A stretch of DNA of 44,756 bases, counting the filler, from Catajapyx aquilonaris (taxonomy: Eukaryota): assembly GCA_000934665.2 (NCBI GenBank). It is 2 parts of 2 records of this genome, joined end to end, with 100 filler letters (N's around TTAATTAATTAA, not from the genome) between each part and the next. Parts side by side here need not be neighbours in the genome. Positions count along the whole stretch, not along the records: positions 22,417 to 44,756 come from JYFJ02005885.1; 1 more part is not named here. One strand, given 5' to 3'. The translations under genes were made by a program, and so were the position numbers. Under the pieces are notes generated by a model. That model did no database searches, was not told the origin of the DNA, and saw only the letters and a list, made by a program, of their open reading frames with translations. How positions within the stretch are numbered: the first letter of the stretch is position 1; each line of letters opens with the position of its first letter. This document shows, one piece after another, positions 24,401 to 38,800 of the stretch.

Positions 24401-25265
24401 TTACTTGAACGATTTTTTCTGGGATATTGACTATTAAGAAACGTTTATAGCGTTTTTAATGTTCCTATAGTATAAGTGATAAGAGACTTGTGACCCATTA
24501 CTATACCATGGCGTCACAATTATTTTTACGTTTGGAAACCAGAGTAAGAGACTGTTATAGTTATTGGCACACTTGTACTAAACTTATTACAAAGTAGGCC
24601 TATACATGCGTTATCAAGTTAGTAATGAATAATTTTTGTGTAATAGGCCGAATTTCTGGGAAAATTCACATATACAACGTACCAGTAACAGTTACAGACT
24701 TAAAAGTAGAATATGTAGTTACTGCTCTTATTGTGTATTCTGTGGAGGACTTATTTTATACAAATGACATTTTTACCAGTCTTGATAATGACTTGCACTT
24801 TTTTCATGTTTAGCCAATACTGACAAAATGTAAATTTTAATGTCAGACAAAATGCTGACAAAATGCTTATATTGTTGGACCAGCCTTCGTATTATAGTAG
24901 CTATTCAGAACGAGGCATCCTTTTTTAAAAGTTTGTATACTGAAATATTTCTGCTTCGCTTTTGTTGGCATCGGCCGGACATTCGATCGTCTATTATGAG
25001 TGCTTGTTGTTATCGATAAGATGGTATGAGACACTTTCTGACATCATTTCTAATAGGTCAGATTTGCATAGTATCTTATTACGAATCTCGTATGGTCTCC
25101 TCAGAAGGCTGCGCGCCTGCATTTATTCGGAGCTATTTATTTGATTCTGTGATAATTATGCATCATCAATTTTCTAGATCCAATCAATTTCGAACTATTC
25201 GACTAACAATAAACAAACAACTGATCCATCACGACATTTACCAGCATTTACATACAAAAGATGTA

Positions 25266-25378
25266 GGGTGGAATTTTCATCTCACTGTTAGTTAAGTAAC
25301 TGCTAACTTAACAGTACCACTGACAGCACTGGTACTGCTAAGTTAGCAGTAACTAGCTGTGGGACGAAAATTCTACTC
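25266..25378. mobile_element. Palindromic (fold-back) MITE-like element, about 113 bp
   Basis: Imperfect inverted repeat: GGGTGGAATTTTCATCTCAC..ACTGCTAACTTAACAGTACCA / TGGTACTGCTAAGTTAGCAGT..GTGGGACGAAAATTCTACTC. No clear TSD. Confidence 0.55.
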
Positions 25379-26053
25379 GAAATTGGCGATGAAGGAATCC
25401 CAAGTCAAATAATAAAAACAAGTTGAATAATATGACGGCACATCAGAAGTAATAAAAGTTTGGGGATAAAAATAATTTTTCGTGCAAAGGGCAGAACTCT
25501 TCAGAAACACTTTGGTTTTTTATGTCCAATATCAATAATTTATGACTGACTTTGTTTTGAAAATTCGAACTTATTATTATACCACAATCTATAGTACAGT
25601 GATATAAGCCTGCCACAGTGTCAGTCGTTCCCTATTTTATAGGGACTCCCCCAAGGTCAGTTACCGTATATTTAAAGACCTAATAATTGCAAACTGTAGT
25701 TTAAGGAAACCCTGCACACAATGATCGACAGTCTGGGGGGGGAAATGTGCAGTGTTTCGGGCTGCCAAGGTTTTTAAATACACGTTGGAACCAGTGCTTT
25801 ATCATCCTGGGATATATGCATTTTCCGAGTGCAGCTGCTTTTTGGGCTGCCCTGAATAGCCAGGATACACGTCGATGGTTCCATTTCAATGCTAAATGCA
25901 AGCACGCACTGTATTGTATATACATTCAGTGCAGTATGTGTGTGTATGTATGCATTTAGTTATTAGTGGGCTATGCAGCATGAGCCGGACAAGTCTGCAA
26001 GGCAGTCTAATGTGGGTGATTCAAGAGGAGAATATTTTGCACAATGAATCCCT

Positions 26054-26106
<53 letters not shown>
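26054..26106 (+). repeat. (AAT)n microsatellite, about 17 units
   Basis: Directly visible. Confidence 0.95.
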
Positions 26107-26107
<1 letters not shown>

Positions 26108-26880
26108 GAACTTATGTACGAATATGGTCATTTCGGTTCAAAGCATAGGGTACCAGTATGTAAAATATGTGAAATATGAAAAATATAGTTGGGTATTGGG
26201 TTACTGGAGGTGGCGGTGGTCATTTCATCGGACAGAAGTTCACCAATAACAGTCAAGTGTAGTTCACTCTTTTTCCCTGTCTGTGTTGCAAAGGGGTTTG
26301 CCAACGTTTTGGCTTGGACATGGTGAATTGCAATTACTGTAGTAGGTTCGCACACATCAGGTGTACCCTCTTCTGTCGGATTTCTGGATAGTTAAATCAA
26401 ATTTATTCAATGCACATATTGCAGTTTGCAGACATCTCTTTACAAATCCGATAGAGGGGGGTACTACTGTTTGCTGTCCGCAAAGTTGTGCCAAAAAGGT
26501 GTCTATAGGTATGTTTATACTGCGTACATTCCTTTTGCCATTGCGCCAATTAATATGAACTGCGGATAAAATCGTGCTGCTACGCTTTGGGGAGTCAACT
26601 CATTAAGTTGACTTTTCAGGATGAACCCTAAAAAAATAGAAAAAAAAATCTGCGCAGTGATTACAGGTCTGCTATACAGATATTCATGTAACTAGACCAC
26701 AATGAAACACTTCATGCAGTACTGTACATCCTTGTGATTTTAGTATTAATTACTCTCCCCCAACACCAGGAAAATAAAGGTCTATTAAATCATTGCTGTA
26801 GAGTCAACACCACAGTTATCACGTAAGGTGCATGACAAAAATATTCGTATAGTAAACTTTGTTCGATTTCATCTTTCCAG

Positions 26881-29800
26881 TGTGACTCTGGAGTTGGAGT
26901 GGACGCATTTTTCCACGCCCTGTACACCCGGCTGGATGTGAGCACCCTGGTTCTTCTTGGTAGCGCTTGTTCCGAAGTGACTGAAAGTTTGGCCAAGATC
27001 GTTCCCTACTGGAACATCCTCCAGGTGAGGTCGCCATTCCAGCCATCGACATTACTCTGCCGCTTCCATTGATCCAAAAACCACACCCTGCTGTGTTTGC
27101 AAATGAGTTTGATGCTCGTGTATTAGCGAGTTTGGAAAACTAACTTTTGCTCCTCCCACACCCCCCGTCTTACCCCCCTCCATTCCACCATCTCCCAACC
27201 CTCTCCTCCTTCAGGCAGCTTCTCACCTTTTCTCTCATCTTTTCTTCTTGATCTCAAAAAGTTTTCCCCCTCTCCACCCACTCTACCTATCTCCCTTCAA
27301 TTGCTAGCGAACAAGTTGGAAATTAGGTTTATAGCCAAGCAGACTCAGACAGAATTAGTTTCCCAGCACTAACGTGCATTTGCAGACTCATTATTTCCCC
27401 CGGAATAGTTTCTCTCCCTTTTTATTACTTCTGTTTCCGACTAATGGCTCATCAAATTCGCACACCTATTAGATGCGTGTTATTCACGCCAACTCTCTAA
27501 ACAGAGAGGAAAACGAACGGCCAATAAGACACGTCACAACTTGCGTTACCCTTGCTGCCAACATCTCTCATTTTTACATAATACGTCAATTAATAATTAA
27601 TATATGCCTAGTAATTAGGATATGTTAGTTTAGAGTGTACTCAAAAAATACGCTGAACAGCATTGTTTCATTTAACAAAATGGGAAGGTTAATATACCAT
27701 CAAACGTGGTGAGATTGTGCCAGGTGGGGTGAGATTGTGCCAGCACATTTTTTGACAATAGTGCCTCCTACCGGCAGGAAGCGAATTTAGGCATTTTTCA
27801 CTACATTGCATTGAGGGATGGTCAATGCTGTTGGCAATGATTAGTAAAGTTCGCGGGATGGCGCATTTTTATACTATAATAATAATTATAATTATAATTC
27901 ATACCCCGTTATCAGCCATCAGCTCTTTAGGGGGGAAGTTTGTTTTGCCTGGAACTGTTTGCTTTTCATTTTACTGTGCTCTTTGGGATAGGATATAGGT
28001 ACGGAAGGAAGCGGCTGTGGCCTATTAATTACGGAAGCAACTCCGGAATTTTCCTGGAAGGACCGTGGGAAACCGCAGAAAACCACGGTCTGAGTTGCCT
28101 GCCCCGGGATTTGATCCCAAGACCTCCCGATTAGCAGTCGGACACCATATCCCCTCCTCCAAACTGCTTCGAAGGTGGTATGGCGCATTTTTATCCCCAA
28201 AAAATGCGCTGGCACAATCTCACCCCACCTGGCACAATCTCACTCCAATTGACGGTAGTTCTGCCAAACATTTGGTTGATGTGACCAATTAAGTTGAGTT
28301 TTTGTTCAATAGGCCTACTCATTTAGTTGTTTTGGATGTGCTCAAGATATCGTTGAAACACTGGAATCGTATTTCCGTCAACAAAATTGTAGATTTTGTA
28401 TTGGTTGAAATAATCTCATATCTCTCAAAGAAATCGATTAAGTTTTTTCAACCATTTCTGTTTTTCCAGTGCAGGCTTGGAAACATGTGGTTAAATAAAT
28501 CAACATTAGGTTAAAAATTTATTTGGCATTCTTGATCACTTTGGGACCCATTCTCTGGACCCCCCCAACTAGGTTCCAGCAAGTTGCGTTTCAGAATGTC
28601 GCAAAGCATTTGGGTATAGTGCGGGTGCGTTTCCAAACTGTATAGGATTAGACGTCTGTTGGCAAAGGAATGAGATCTCTCCTCTGGGATCGTTTCCGAA
28701 TCTCGGAATTAACCCTGCTATACCCTCCTAAAGCCTCCCATGTATCCTACTGTACATGAAAGCAGCCCGGAACACTTTTTATTTCCCTGGCGAAAATGAA
28801 GCTGCGGACTCACGCCCGGATTACTCCTCGCCCAAAACTCATCAGGGTTCTTAAATGCACCGAGAGTGTAAAAAAAAAAGAAATTTGCGAAAAAAAACCC
28901 AAAAAACCGGACTTGCCTGGGAAAGGGGAAAATCTGTTCAAACGTTTTAAAAGCTTTCCATTAACATTAAATTCGCGGCAATGAATGCATTGCGAGAGTA
29001 TTTGCACTCCTGCCGGAAGTTTCCTTGTGTGGACCACTCGTCTATTTGCTGAGGATGTTTCAGCAGAGTAAAGTCAGCTGGTAGCATCCAGAGAGAGAGA
29101 CCACGTGATTTTCATGCCTGGAATATTATCGCTCGACTCACACCCTATGAACCCCTAGCAATTATGTCAGTGATACAATTAACAACACGAGCGAGTGAAA
29201 ATGTCGCACCGCACTGTAAATTGCTTCATCTACTGGCCATTCAGGGATTGGAATTATGAAACTGTTTCCTGCGACGATTTCGCCATTTCCTGATACAACG
29301 TTCATTCAAAAGGTCTGCCTTTCGCCAGACTCAATCTTCGGTGGAAATAGAGCGCTTTAAGTTGCCAAAAGCTGAAATTAGGACTGCGCAACAGCACAAC
29401 AGCATCTTGGAGCCTTCCAAAAAAAAATATACTCCATTATTTTCGCCCAATTACCTTGAACGATGGTTGAGTTGCTATCGGTTCGTTACACTCAGTTGTA
29501 GAGACGAAAAGGATCCTAGTTTTTTTCCCTGCTTCTTTTCTGATCAGTCCTTGAATGAAAGTCTTTAAACGGACATACCCAGATGCCAACATCCAGAAAA
29601 TAATCACACTACCAAATGAGTCCGTCCCAGACATGACGTGTTGACATTTTTTGCCCGTTACCAATCATGTAGCGCGTCAGAAAAGAATTCTAGCTGAGAC
29701 GTATTGCCCTGGGAGTAATTAAGGCAGCCAAAGAATGAAGCGTCACATTGTAAAAGGGAGGGGCCAAAAAAAAGAAGAACTGATTGCACCAATCAATGTC

Positions 29801-32800
29801 TCTCTGAGTTGTGAGCACAATTTCCCTGCAGTGCAGAGAATGGAATATTGGGAGGGGGTAGGAGGAAAAGAGGAGGCTTCCAGTCAAAGGACTATAGAGT
29901 AGGTTCTCAAGTCAAATCCTTCTTGTAAGCCGGAGAGATGTATCGCTGAAAATACTCGGAGAAACAGTGAGGAATTCTGGCGATCGGTGAAACGGAAGCT
30001 CTAACTCCATTCCAGACTGGATGGATTCCTTTTCCTTGAATAGATTTTAACTTCATATAGACCAGCTTTGCTTTTTTTTCCAAACCGGAAGCAGGCTTAC
30101 CTCTCTAGAAGTTTGTTGAATTGGTCATCGGTGGGCGGAAGAAAGCACATCTTTGGGTTATTTCTATAGGAAAATATCATGTTATGCGTCTCAGATTATC
30201 ACCGCCCATACAGGAAGTGAACTGAACAACAGATATAGTGTTCAGGAATTCTAAAAATAAGACTACCTTATACCTATACTACCTTTTACCTATACTACCT
30301 TATACCTATGCTACCTTATACCTATACTACCTTTTACCTATACTACCTTATACCTATACTACCTTATACCTATACTACCTTTTACCTATACTACCTTATA
30401 CCTATACTACCTTATACCTATACTACCTTTTACCTATACTACCTTATACCTATACTACCTTATATCTAACAAACAGTTCAACTACAAAAGTAATAGCGGT
30501 GATGCTGCAGGTTCGAATCTCTCCAAGACGACACCTTTGAGTGGGCGCGTATTTGTCCGTCGCTTTGATCCAACGTGCCTGGCTCCCAGGGTCAATAAAG
30601 GGCTTGACCACCCAGAATTCGTAATGGCCATCAAATAATATATTTCTTTGAGATCCCTTGAGTTGTGAGATAGATATTATTGACACAATAGACGGGAAAC
30701 TATTTAAATTTACGCGGTATTATAATAGATAGAATTTGCATACGCTACAGTTGACACAATTGTCGTGTCCCCAACACAAAGGAAGGGTTGACCCTTGGGT
30801 CCAGCTTCGACGGACTTTGATCACTGCCAAGCTATTAATGGCCAGTCACCTCCGTCCTTTCATTCCAAGCTAGTTAGAAATGCAAATGTTGCAAAAAAAA
30901 AAGACACAGGGAGGTGCATACAATGCCAATGGACGAGGCAGGCAAATTAGATGTTAATTCCGTAACGATTCCCAATCTTGGGCTTGAGAGAACCAGAAAC
31001 CACCTCCTTGGAATTGAACTTTGCTCCGTATAAATTACCTTGACTCTACTTCATCATTTATCCTGCAAATCAAGCCTCAATTTACATGCTATTTGCGTAA
31101 CAGCAACCTGATGGAGGAAGAGTATTTTCCAAAATCGGAAATCATTGTCCGGAAGGCTTAATATTTCTTTTATAATGGGGGGGGGGGGGGGCTNGGGGGG
31201 GGCTTCCGCACTTGGAAAAGCACTCCGGGCCAATGAATCTATATTTCCTCTATGTTGCGTTCCAATCACGTAGGAAGCAGGTGCCAATATTCCCATCCTT
31301 TCTTTGTACATTCGGCTTCCCACATTTGACAGATACAAAAGCAAAAGTGTTGAATTGAATAGAGAGGATTTTTTTAAAACAAAAAAAAAGATATTTGGAG
31401 TTAGCTAATGGTGTGGCAACATTGCAGGTGTATTGGAACGCTAAACAAAGATTAGTTTCGCGCTCTAATCCGGTTGACGGTCCCGCAGAACTCAGAGTGA
31501 AATTTACATACCAGGACAATTGCATTATCTAACGGGAGGTTGACAATGCCGTGTTTCTAACAATGACAATCCCTGCAGTAACTTGCTCCTAGCGCACGAC
31601 TGTTCCCATTAAATAAGCAAATATTTTATTTCGTGCGTAAGGACAAGCATTGTCATAGTTACTGACAAGTACTATGACACGCTATAGAATTTTGATATCG
31701 CCCAGTATACACAAACATTTTAAAAACAATTGGGAGCCAAATTAGAAGCGGACCTAATTGCTCCAGAAGTCCTTAAGAAGTTCCGAAAATGTAGAAAATG
31801 GCAAAGGCAACAGAAAAATTCCCTCGGGCCCTTCCACAGTATTTGGCATTCATCGTGGAGAGAAAATGTAACATGCACGTAATTACCGTGCCTCGAATTA
31901 AGCCCCAGAGGCCAGTGAAGCTCATTTTCTCCACTGATCACCGGTGCGGGAATTCCCCGTCTTTTTTCCCCCCCTTTGTTCCACCACCACCTTTTTCCTC
32001 ATGACCATTCTTCTTTTGAGAACGAGATTGAAACAGCACCCATCCGGGTGTGCCAATGATAATTCCAGGTGTCATTTGGATCGACGTCTCCGGCCCTGAG
32101 TGACCAAAAGGAATTTCCACTCTTCTACCGGACCGTATCGCCGGACTCTTCACACAATCCGGCCATAGTAGCCTTCGTACAAAAGTGTGGATGGGACACG
32201 GTCACTGCTTTTAGCGAGAATGAGGACATGCACACGCTGGTAGGTCATCTGATATTTTTTTTTGTACAGTTCTCACGATGTTTATTAAATAAACTGCAAT
32301 TTGTAGGCTATTAATGACCTGGTGAGAAAGTTGGAGAGGGCAAATGTCATCTGTAAAGCGACGGTTACCTTTGCTCGAAGTGACCTCCGGGAGCAAATGA
32401 TTGACCTGAGAGAGAAGGATGCCAGGGTGATAGTTGGCAGTTTTAGCGTGGGAATTGCCAGCCACGTCTTCTGCGAGGTGAGTACCGGTTATATAGGCAT
32501 GCATAATTAATAGCCATTAATTGCCGCGCTCTGTGTAGTTACGACTTGATAAACTACCTATTACACCCGCTGCGAATTGATGACTTCAGGAGCAGCTACA
32601 TTTTATGTTAAGGTTGCTAAATGACTCGATGTTAATCTCTGCAGCTCGCTGACTATGACAAAATCAAGTAGTGTCAATTGCAAAATAATAATTATATGAC
32701 ATCACATGCTATACATACAGTATACAAACCCTAGGTCTGTTGAGGCCTAAACTTTTTCTGTAAGTCGCTGTTACTTTTTGCAGCATAACTTAAAGTTGCG

Positions 32801-35800
32801 TTAAAGTTCAGATGCGATAACCTACTTTGCAAGACCATGACATTTTTTTTATGATAGCGAAACGCGATAGTCCCAAACTGGAATGGATTAAATATCGCCA
32901 AAAAAAATGTTGACTCCTGTTCGCTCGTTGACTTATCCTAGTTTGTAACCAAACAGAAGTGTCACATGGGTTTAGCGTGTGGCTATATTTATCAAGGTCA
33001 TCGATTTTGTGGCGATTCCTAGCTGAGTGCATTCCACAAATGATTATGCAGATGCTAATGTTGATAGGCACCTGCCCGAGTGTGTTATCCATTGTATGGG
33101 CAGACATGGGAGGAAAAGTGAACCGAGGAAATGACCAGACGTGATCTAACTATTCGAAGAGCTGGGGGTTTGGAATCTGCTTACTATCAGCATTCAGGCA
33201 CATGCTTTGGGGCTGGACACTTCACGGCCCAACTTCTTTAAAATACGATAGTTCATATTTATCTTGTCCTCTCGGCGAACTTTCGTGCCAACATTGTCAT
33301 TTTCCAGCATAATATATAAACCTTCGTTTTCAACCTTTGACTATCTAAATATTCAGACAGTGTCCCTTTTGCGATAGGCCAGCTAGCATATTATTGGAAA
33401 ATTATGGTCCAGTTGCCAAAATTTGGCAAAGAATTTGGCAAAAGTGCGAAAGTGGAGGGTGGAAGGGGGAGAGAGAGTGCGCGACATCCGACGGTGATGC
33501 GCAGAAGTAAGCGAGTCGGCTGCACTCAGCCGGTAACGCCCCCAGCCCGTAACGGCAGAAATGGTAATTCCGTGGTCGGCCTTTTTGTTTGCGTTCTTTC
33601 CTTCTTTTGAGCGTTACGAAGTTCCTAGGCACCGTTTCCAAAAAAACAAAAGTAGTTTGCAAATATAGAAAACGCGGGCTAAATTTTGACACCACTCCTA
33701 ATACTGTAGGTCGTACACAGCGGGAGGAGTTGCCCTCACAGTAGGGTATTAATAATATAGATAAAGCTGGTTATAGCAGATTGGCATACTGAACTACTAA
33801 GCAGCGTGATTAGTACCGTCGTACTTTTTTCCACCCGCTCGATCAAGGTGAACTTGATGAATTCCATAATTTCCTGAGCACAACCTATGCATCAAAACGG
33901 TGCAATATCCTGGTATGAATGGTGATCGCGTTCCCTTCGAAGTCAATTATGCTGTTTTTTCCCCCTAGATGAAACACTGCCGTGGAGCGATAGGATATAT
34001 GCGTCCGACGTCAGCCTGTTGTGGTCTCTCCAATGGCGCCATTAAGCGAGCCATTATCGCACTTATTATTGCATACGGGATCGGTTTATAGGGCGATGCC
34101 GTGGGTGCCAGGGAGGCTCCAATTAATGCGAAATGAAACGGTACGGTGCGCAGCGTTTTGTGTGTAATGCCCACAATCATAGGTGTAAACAAACGCGGAT
34201 AATCGACATATAATTGATTTAATTTCACTGTGCACTAGGCGGCGGACGTGTCCAGATTTGCATTGGTTTTTGGGTGGGCCATAGGAGGGGGGCGTCGGGG
34301 GGGGGGGGNGGGGGCACGGGGGATGACCTGCAGGCTGTGTAACCCGATAGAAAACCCATGGGATGTAAAGGGTTTGAATGGATCGTGACTTGGGCAGGTG
34401 GACATGGCTAAATTGGCATGGGAGTATGGGGTAGTGGAAGCATTGGTGGGGGGGCCTGCTGCATGATTTAATTCCATGTTGGACACACAAAACCTATCCG
34501 GGGATTGCAAAGCGCTAGGGAGCTGAGAGAGACTGAAAAGAGCAAAGGAAAAGGTTGTTAAATGAGTCCGTTACGTGGTCATTGGTCACAAACACCGCGT
34601 GATGGATTCTCTCAAACACATATCCCAGCTGACCGTTGCTGCCGGCCATGACAGTTACCCCCTTTTCAGATATATTTGGCCGGCATGTATGGTCCGGACT
34701 ATGCGTGGATTCTACATGGCAATCCACATGACATGTGGTGGTCCAATGCTACAGGCACAGACTGTACTCAACGCCAGCTTGCCAAAGCCGCCGAAAATGT
34801 GTTCTTCGTCCATCGGCATAGCAGCCTAGTTGAAGAAGACCAGACGTCCTTCTCCGAATTGGTAGGCCGATTCAATTTCACCCCTTGCGATCTTCTCCCC
34901 CCAATCTTGTCCTTTGTCCACCCCCCTTCCCCCACCCAAAGATGGTCCTAAGCCTTTTTTTGTGTGTTGTGGAGAAAATGGCGACGCATGCAGTTTCTTC
35001 CTTTAGTGCAAAATGGCGGGCAACGTTGACGTCACCTTCAATCGTGCATGCAAAAGGGGTATGGCTGGCGTAAAGCGACAGCAAGTTAGGCCACAGAGTT
35101 TGCTTAAGTTACTCAAACAAAGCTTGGAAGCCTCTCTAGATGGATAATGACCCACCTGAGCATGCTGCACTCCAGTTTAGGCGGAGAAAACCCAGGCGCG
35201 GCACAGATTATCGCAAACAAGTGTTGCCAGAACAATTAGTGTTAGTCTTGCGATGTGACTGATTGCGCGCTGATCCAGATTATGCCCATCAGGACTGATA
35301 ATGGAGCAAATGTTCTGGCGCATTCATTATTACAGGCTATTGAATGCAGGAGTGGGGTGGATGGGAGGTGAAAACTTGTAATAGCGTTATCTACAGGGTT
35401 GGATCCCATGTATTGAATAGGCCTACTCTGGAGCATTCCTGTCCTCTCACCCACTATTTGGTATGTTAAAAATCTATTCATACGGATTGAAAAATAAAAT
35501 ATTCCGGGCTTTAATTGAATATGTCATCCGCTTTGATGAAGTGCTGCATGTAAACCGCAACCAGATTTTTTTTCCATTTGCAAAACGCACCCTGGTAGCC
35601 ATGACAGAAACGTCACAGTTATGCCAAAATACTGCACGAAAATGAGAGATCCTCCTTATGGCCATCCATCTAGTGGCAAGCTAGATAATCGACCATAAAA
35701 TTTGAAGAAGCCCTTTAAAACCCGCACTTTATTTTGCGCGCAATATCAATTTCGCAATCAACGTTAGCGAATTTGATGCCATAGCCATTTGCATGGCTGC

Positions 35801-38800
35801 TAAGGTGCGTCTCATGAAAAATAGAGTACCTTATACTATACAGGGGGTATGTCTCTGAAATGTTCAGGAAGCTCAACTCAGTCGAGTTGTAATCGATGAG
35901 GAGATGTAGAAAGGACGAATCTTACAGAGCAGTGCAATCCAGCCAGTCCCGGATGAATGGACATCATCTGGAGGGCAAAGGCCAAACTGGCCCAATTTGC
36001 ACAGACCAGGCCTCGGGCCATACTAAGATTGGACTCTCCACAGGGTAGGGGAGAGACAAACCTATGGAAGCCAAACCACTCACAAAGGACTGAAGCAATA
36101 CATCTAATTACAACCAGTACAATGCTAGTGGTGCACACTAGTTGACACAATGCTTAACTATAAGCCAGCCTTTTTGTAGCTCCAATCGGGCAGTAGAGTA
36201 GCAAATTTCAGAAGAAACTTTTGCAATCCAGTTTTATTCCTCGCAAAAAAAAAAAATGCCTGGAAGGAAAATGCAAAAAGTTTTCGCTGATAGGTAGAGT
36301 AGCTGGTAAACTAGTTGTGGGAAGTGGTACTCTCATATTGTGAAGGAAGCTGTGAAATTAATCCTCCAAGTTGGGGCAAGAGAGGGTCGAGGAAGTGGGG
36401 AGAGAGGGGGGAGGGGCAACGGAGCAAGGAATCATTTCGCAAGCCAAGAACGACTTGGTTGGTTTCAGGAAGCTTATACACAAACAACCTTCATTTGCAG
36501 AATAACCGTCAGTTTGTGGACTCGTTTCCGGCTCAGAGTCTACCTTTGAGTCCGTACGTGACGCAAACATATGACGCAGTGTGGGCAATAGCGCTGACCC
36601 TCAGAGACGTGGAGCGCAAGTGGCGCCGAAAAGCAAACGATTCCAGGCGACTGGCGCATTTCCATTATGGACGCAGAGATATGACGCAGGACCTCTTCCA
36701 CCACATGGGCCGTTTGTCATTTTTGGGTGTATCTGTAAGTTTTGCAAATATCAAATAATAATAATAATAATAAAAGTGGGGGGTCTACTCATCGATTTCT
36801 AATGCTAGGGCCCTCTGGCGTTTTCGGGTGCGGATCGGATCGGAATTTCGGCCTTCTATCAGGTGCAAGGTAAGTGCCCTATTGCATTCACCTTACACAA
36901 AATGCAGCTATCGGAGCCAAAAAAAAGTATGAAACTGTTGAGGCATATACTGCTATACTGCTTTCTTGACATAAGTGGAGAAAAATAAGGCGTTATTGTC
37001 CGGTACATTTGGGACCCGATAGTATGTTTGGAACAAAAACCTGGCATATACATGGGCATGGTGCGGAGAAGCCTTGGGCCAATTTCCGCCGCAGGATCAA
37101 ATGAATGGCACAGACATGAAATGTCACTGGGCCGACTATATAGTTAGTATTAGTTCAGGCAATATTTGAGGCACAATTTTTACCTATCAAATATCTGAAT
37201 CTAAAAACCTGCTGTGTGCACTTTTCTAATGCTTAAAAAGGCTCCAAAAATTCCTTCTCAACACTGTGGTGTGCTCATTCCCTCGATAATAAAGTGCTTA
37301 ATATCATCTGTAAATTCGGGCTTTAACTTTCAGCGTACTTTGCGCCATTCTGCCTGCACAAACTAGTAAAAAATTCCTCTTTGGTATTAGTCTGGTTAGT
37401 CGAACTTTGCACATTGTTTGCAAAAGAGCAATTTGAAAGGCGCTCACGCTATGGATTCGAATGCGCGCCAAGCTTGGTCCCCCACCTTCCCCCTTCCTTT
37501 CTCCCTCCCCCTTTTCGCTTTTCACATAACTTGCACCGCATGTAGCAGTGTGTATATTATGGGGATTGAAATAGAGCAGCAGAGCGGACGGCCAGCATTG
37601 CAGAGGTCCAGCAACTTTGAGGTTGCAGTCCAGTCGGCATGAAAAGCCACATTCAAGGGCTTTACAAACGGCCAAACCAGGCGTGAACTGCAGCCAGCAC
37701 TGTTTGTTCTGCCCTAGTCTCAGATTCGACCCCCATCTACATGAGATGCCTATCATGGCTTAAGTCCAACCGGAAGTCATGCTGTTCCTACCAGCACTAA
37801 TGGTATTAATATTGGCGTGATATTGTGAACAGGTCGTTCTCATTAATATTTCACCTAATACTGTCCACGATGTTTGTTTGCGCTGGAAGTTATCTCTCTG
37901 CCCACTGGGTGCGCCACCTCCCTGCTTAGCCCACTCACCTTCCACCACCTTCTGCTAGAGGGTGCCCCACACGCTGCCAGGTGGCGCTCCGGTACAGTTA
38001 CTGCTAGTTACTGCTCGCTACGGGTACCCTTACCGCGTGCACCAACGGTGCATTAACAGGCTTGTCTCAGATACATAGAAGACTGCTCGTGGTGACAAAC
38101 GACGGTCTTATACAGGCCTGGTCACTCCCCCTCATATCAGCCTTTATCAGAGTCTCCATAAGGCTGGGGTAGGAGTTGCAGGGGGACTGGGCAAAAGAGT
38201 TACATAGGATGACAATTTTTGACAAAGTCTGATGGGTTTCTTTTTGAAATCACCACAGGTTCAGTAAGAAAGAAGTTGGCTCTGTTCTACCCGTCCGTGC
38301 CAGCTCTAGATTTTGAGTGTCCTCACTGCAGCCCTATCCGATGGCTTGGAGGTCAAGTCCCTATCGCCCAAAGAGTATTCAGGCTACGAGTAGTGACCGT
38401 GGCCCGGACCGCATTTGTCAGCATCACCATCTTGTCCTCTCTGGGAATCCTGTTTGCGGTCTCCTTTCTCGCCTTCAACATCTACTTCGCCAAACTCAAG
38501 TCAGTTTTTTTTTCTTTCTCATTTTTTTTGTTCTTTCCAAAAGGAGACCAAATTGTTATTGTTGACACGACCTCTCGGTCGGCAGATTCATCAAGCTGTC
38601 AAGCCCACGATTGAACAATATGGCGGCCCTGGGTTGCATCTTGGTCTACACTGCCGTCATACTATTGGGTCTTGACCATGCTACCCTACCGACTCCATCT
38701 CACTTCGATGCTGTCTGCACGGTAAGGATAATAGGATATTGATTGTGCTATAGGTAGTCTATCAGCCTATTTTTTCTATTTTTTTCGGGTTTACATTAGC

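Noticed and set aside
28090..28170. tRNA gene on the minus strand
   Set aside because: The A/B boxes are degenerate and followed by a SINE body, tail and TSD.
30238..30540. ORF with TTLYLYYLLPILPYTY repeats; array superficially CRISPR-like
   Set aside because: It is the translation of a minisatellite. There are no unique spacers, no cas genes, and the context is eukaryotic.
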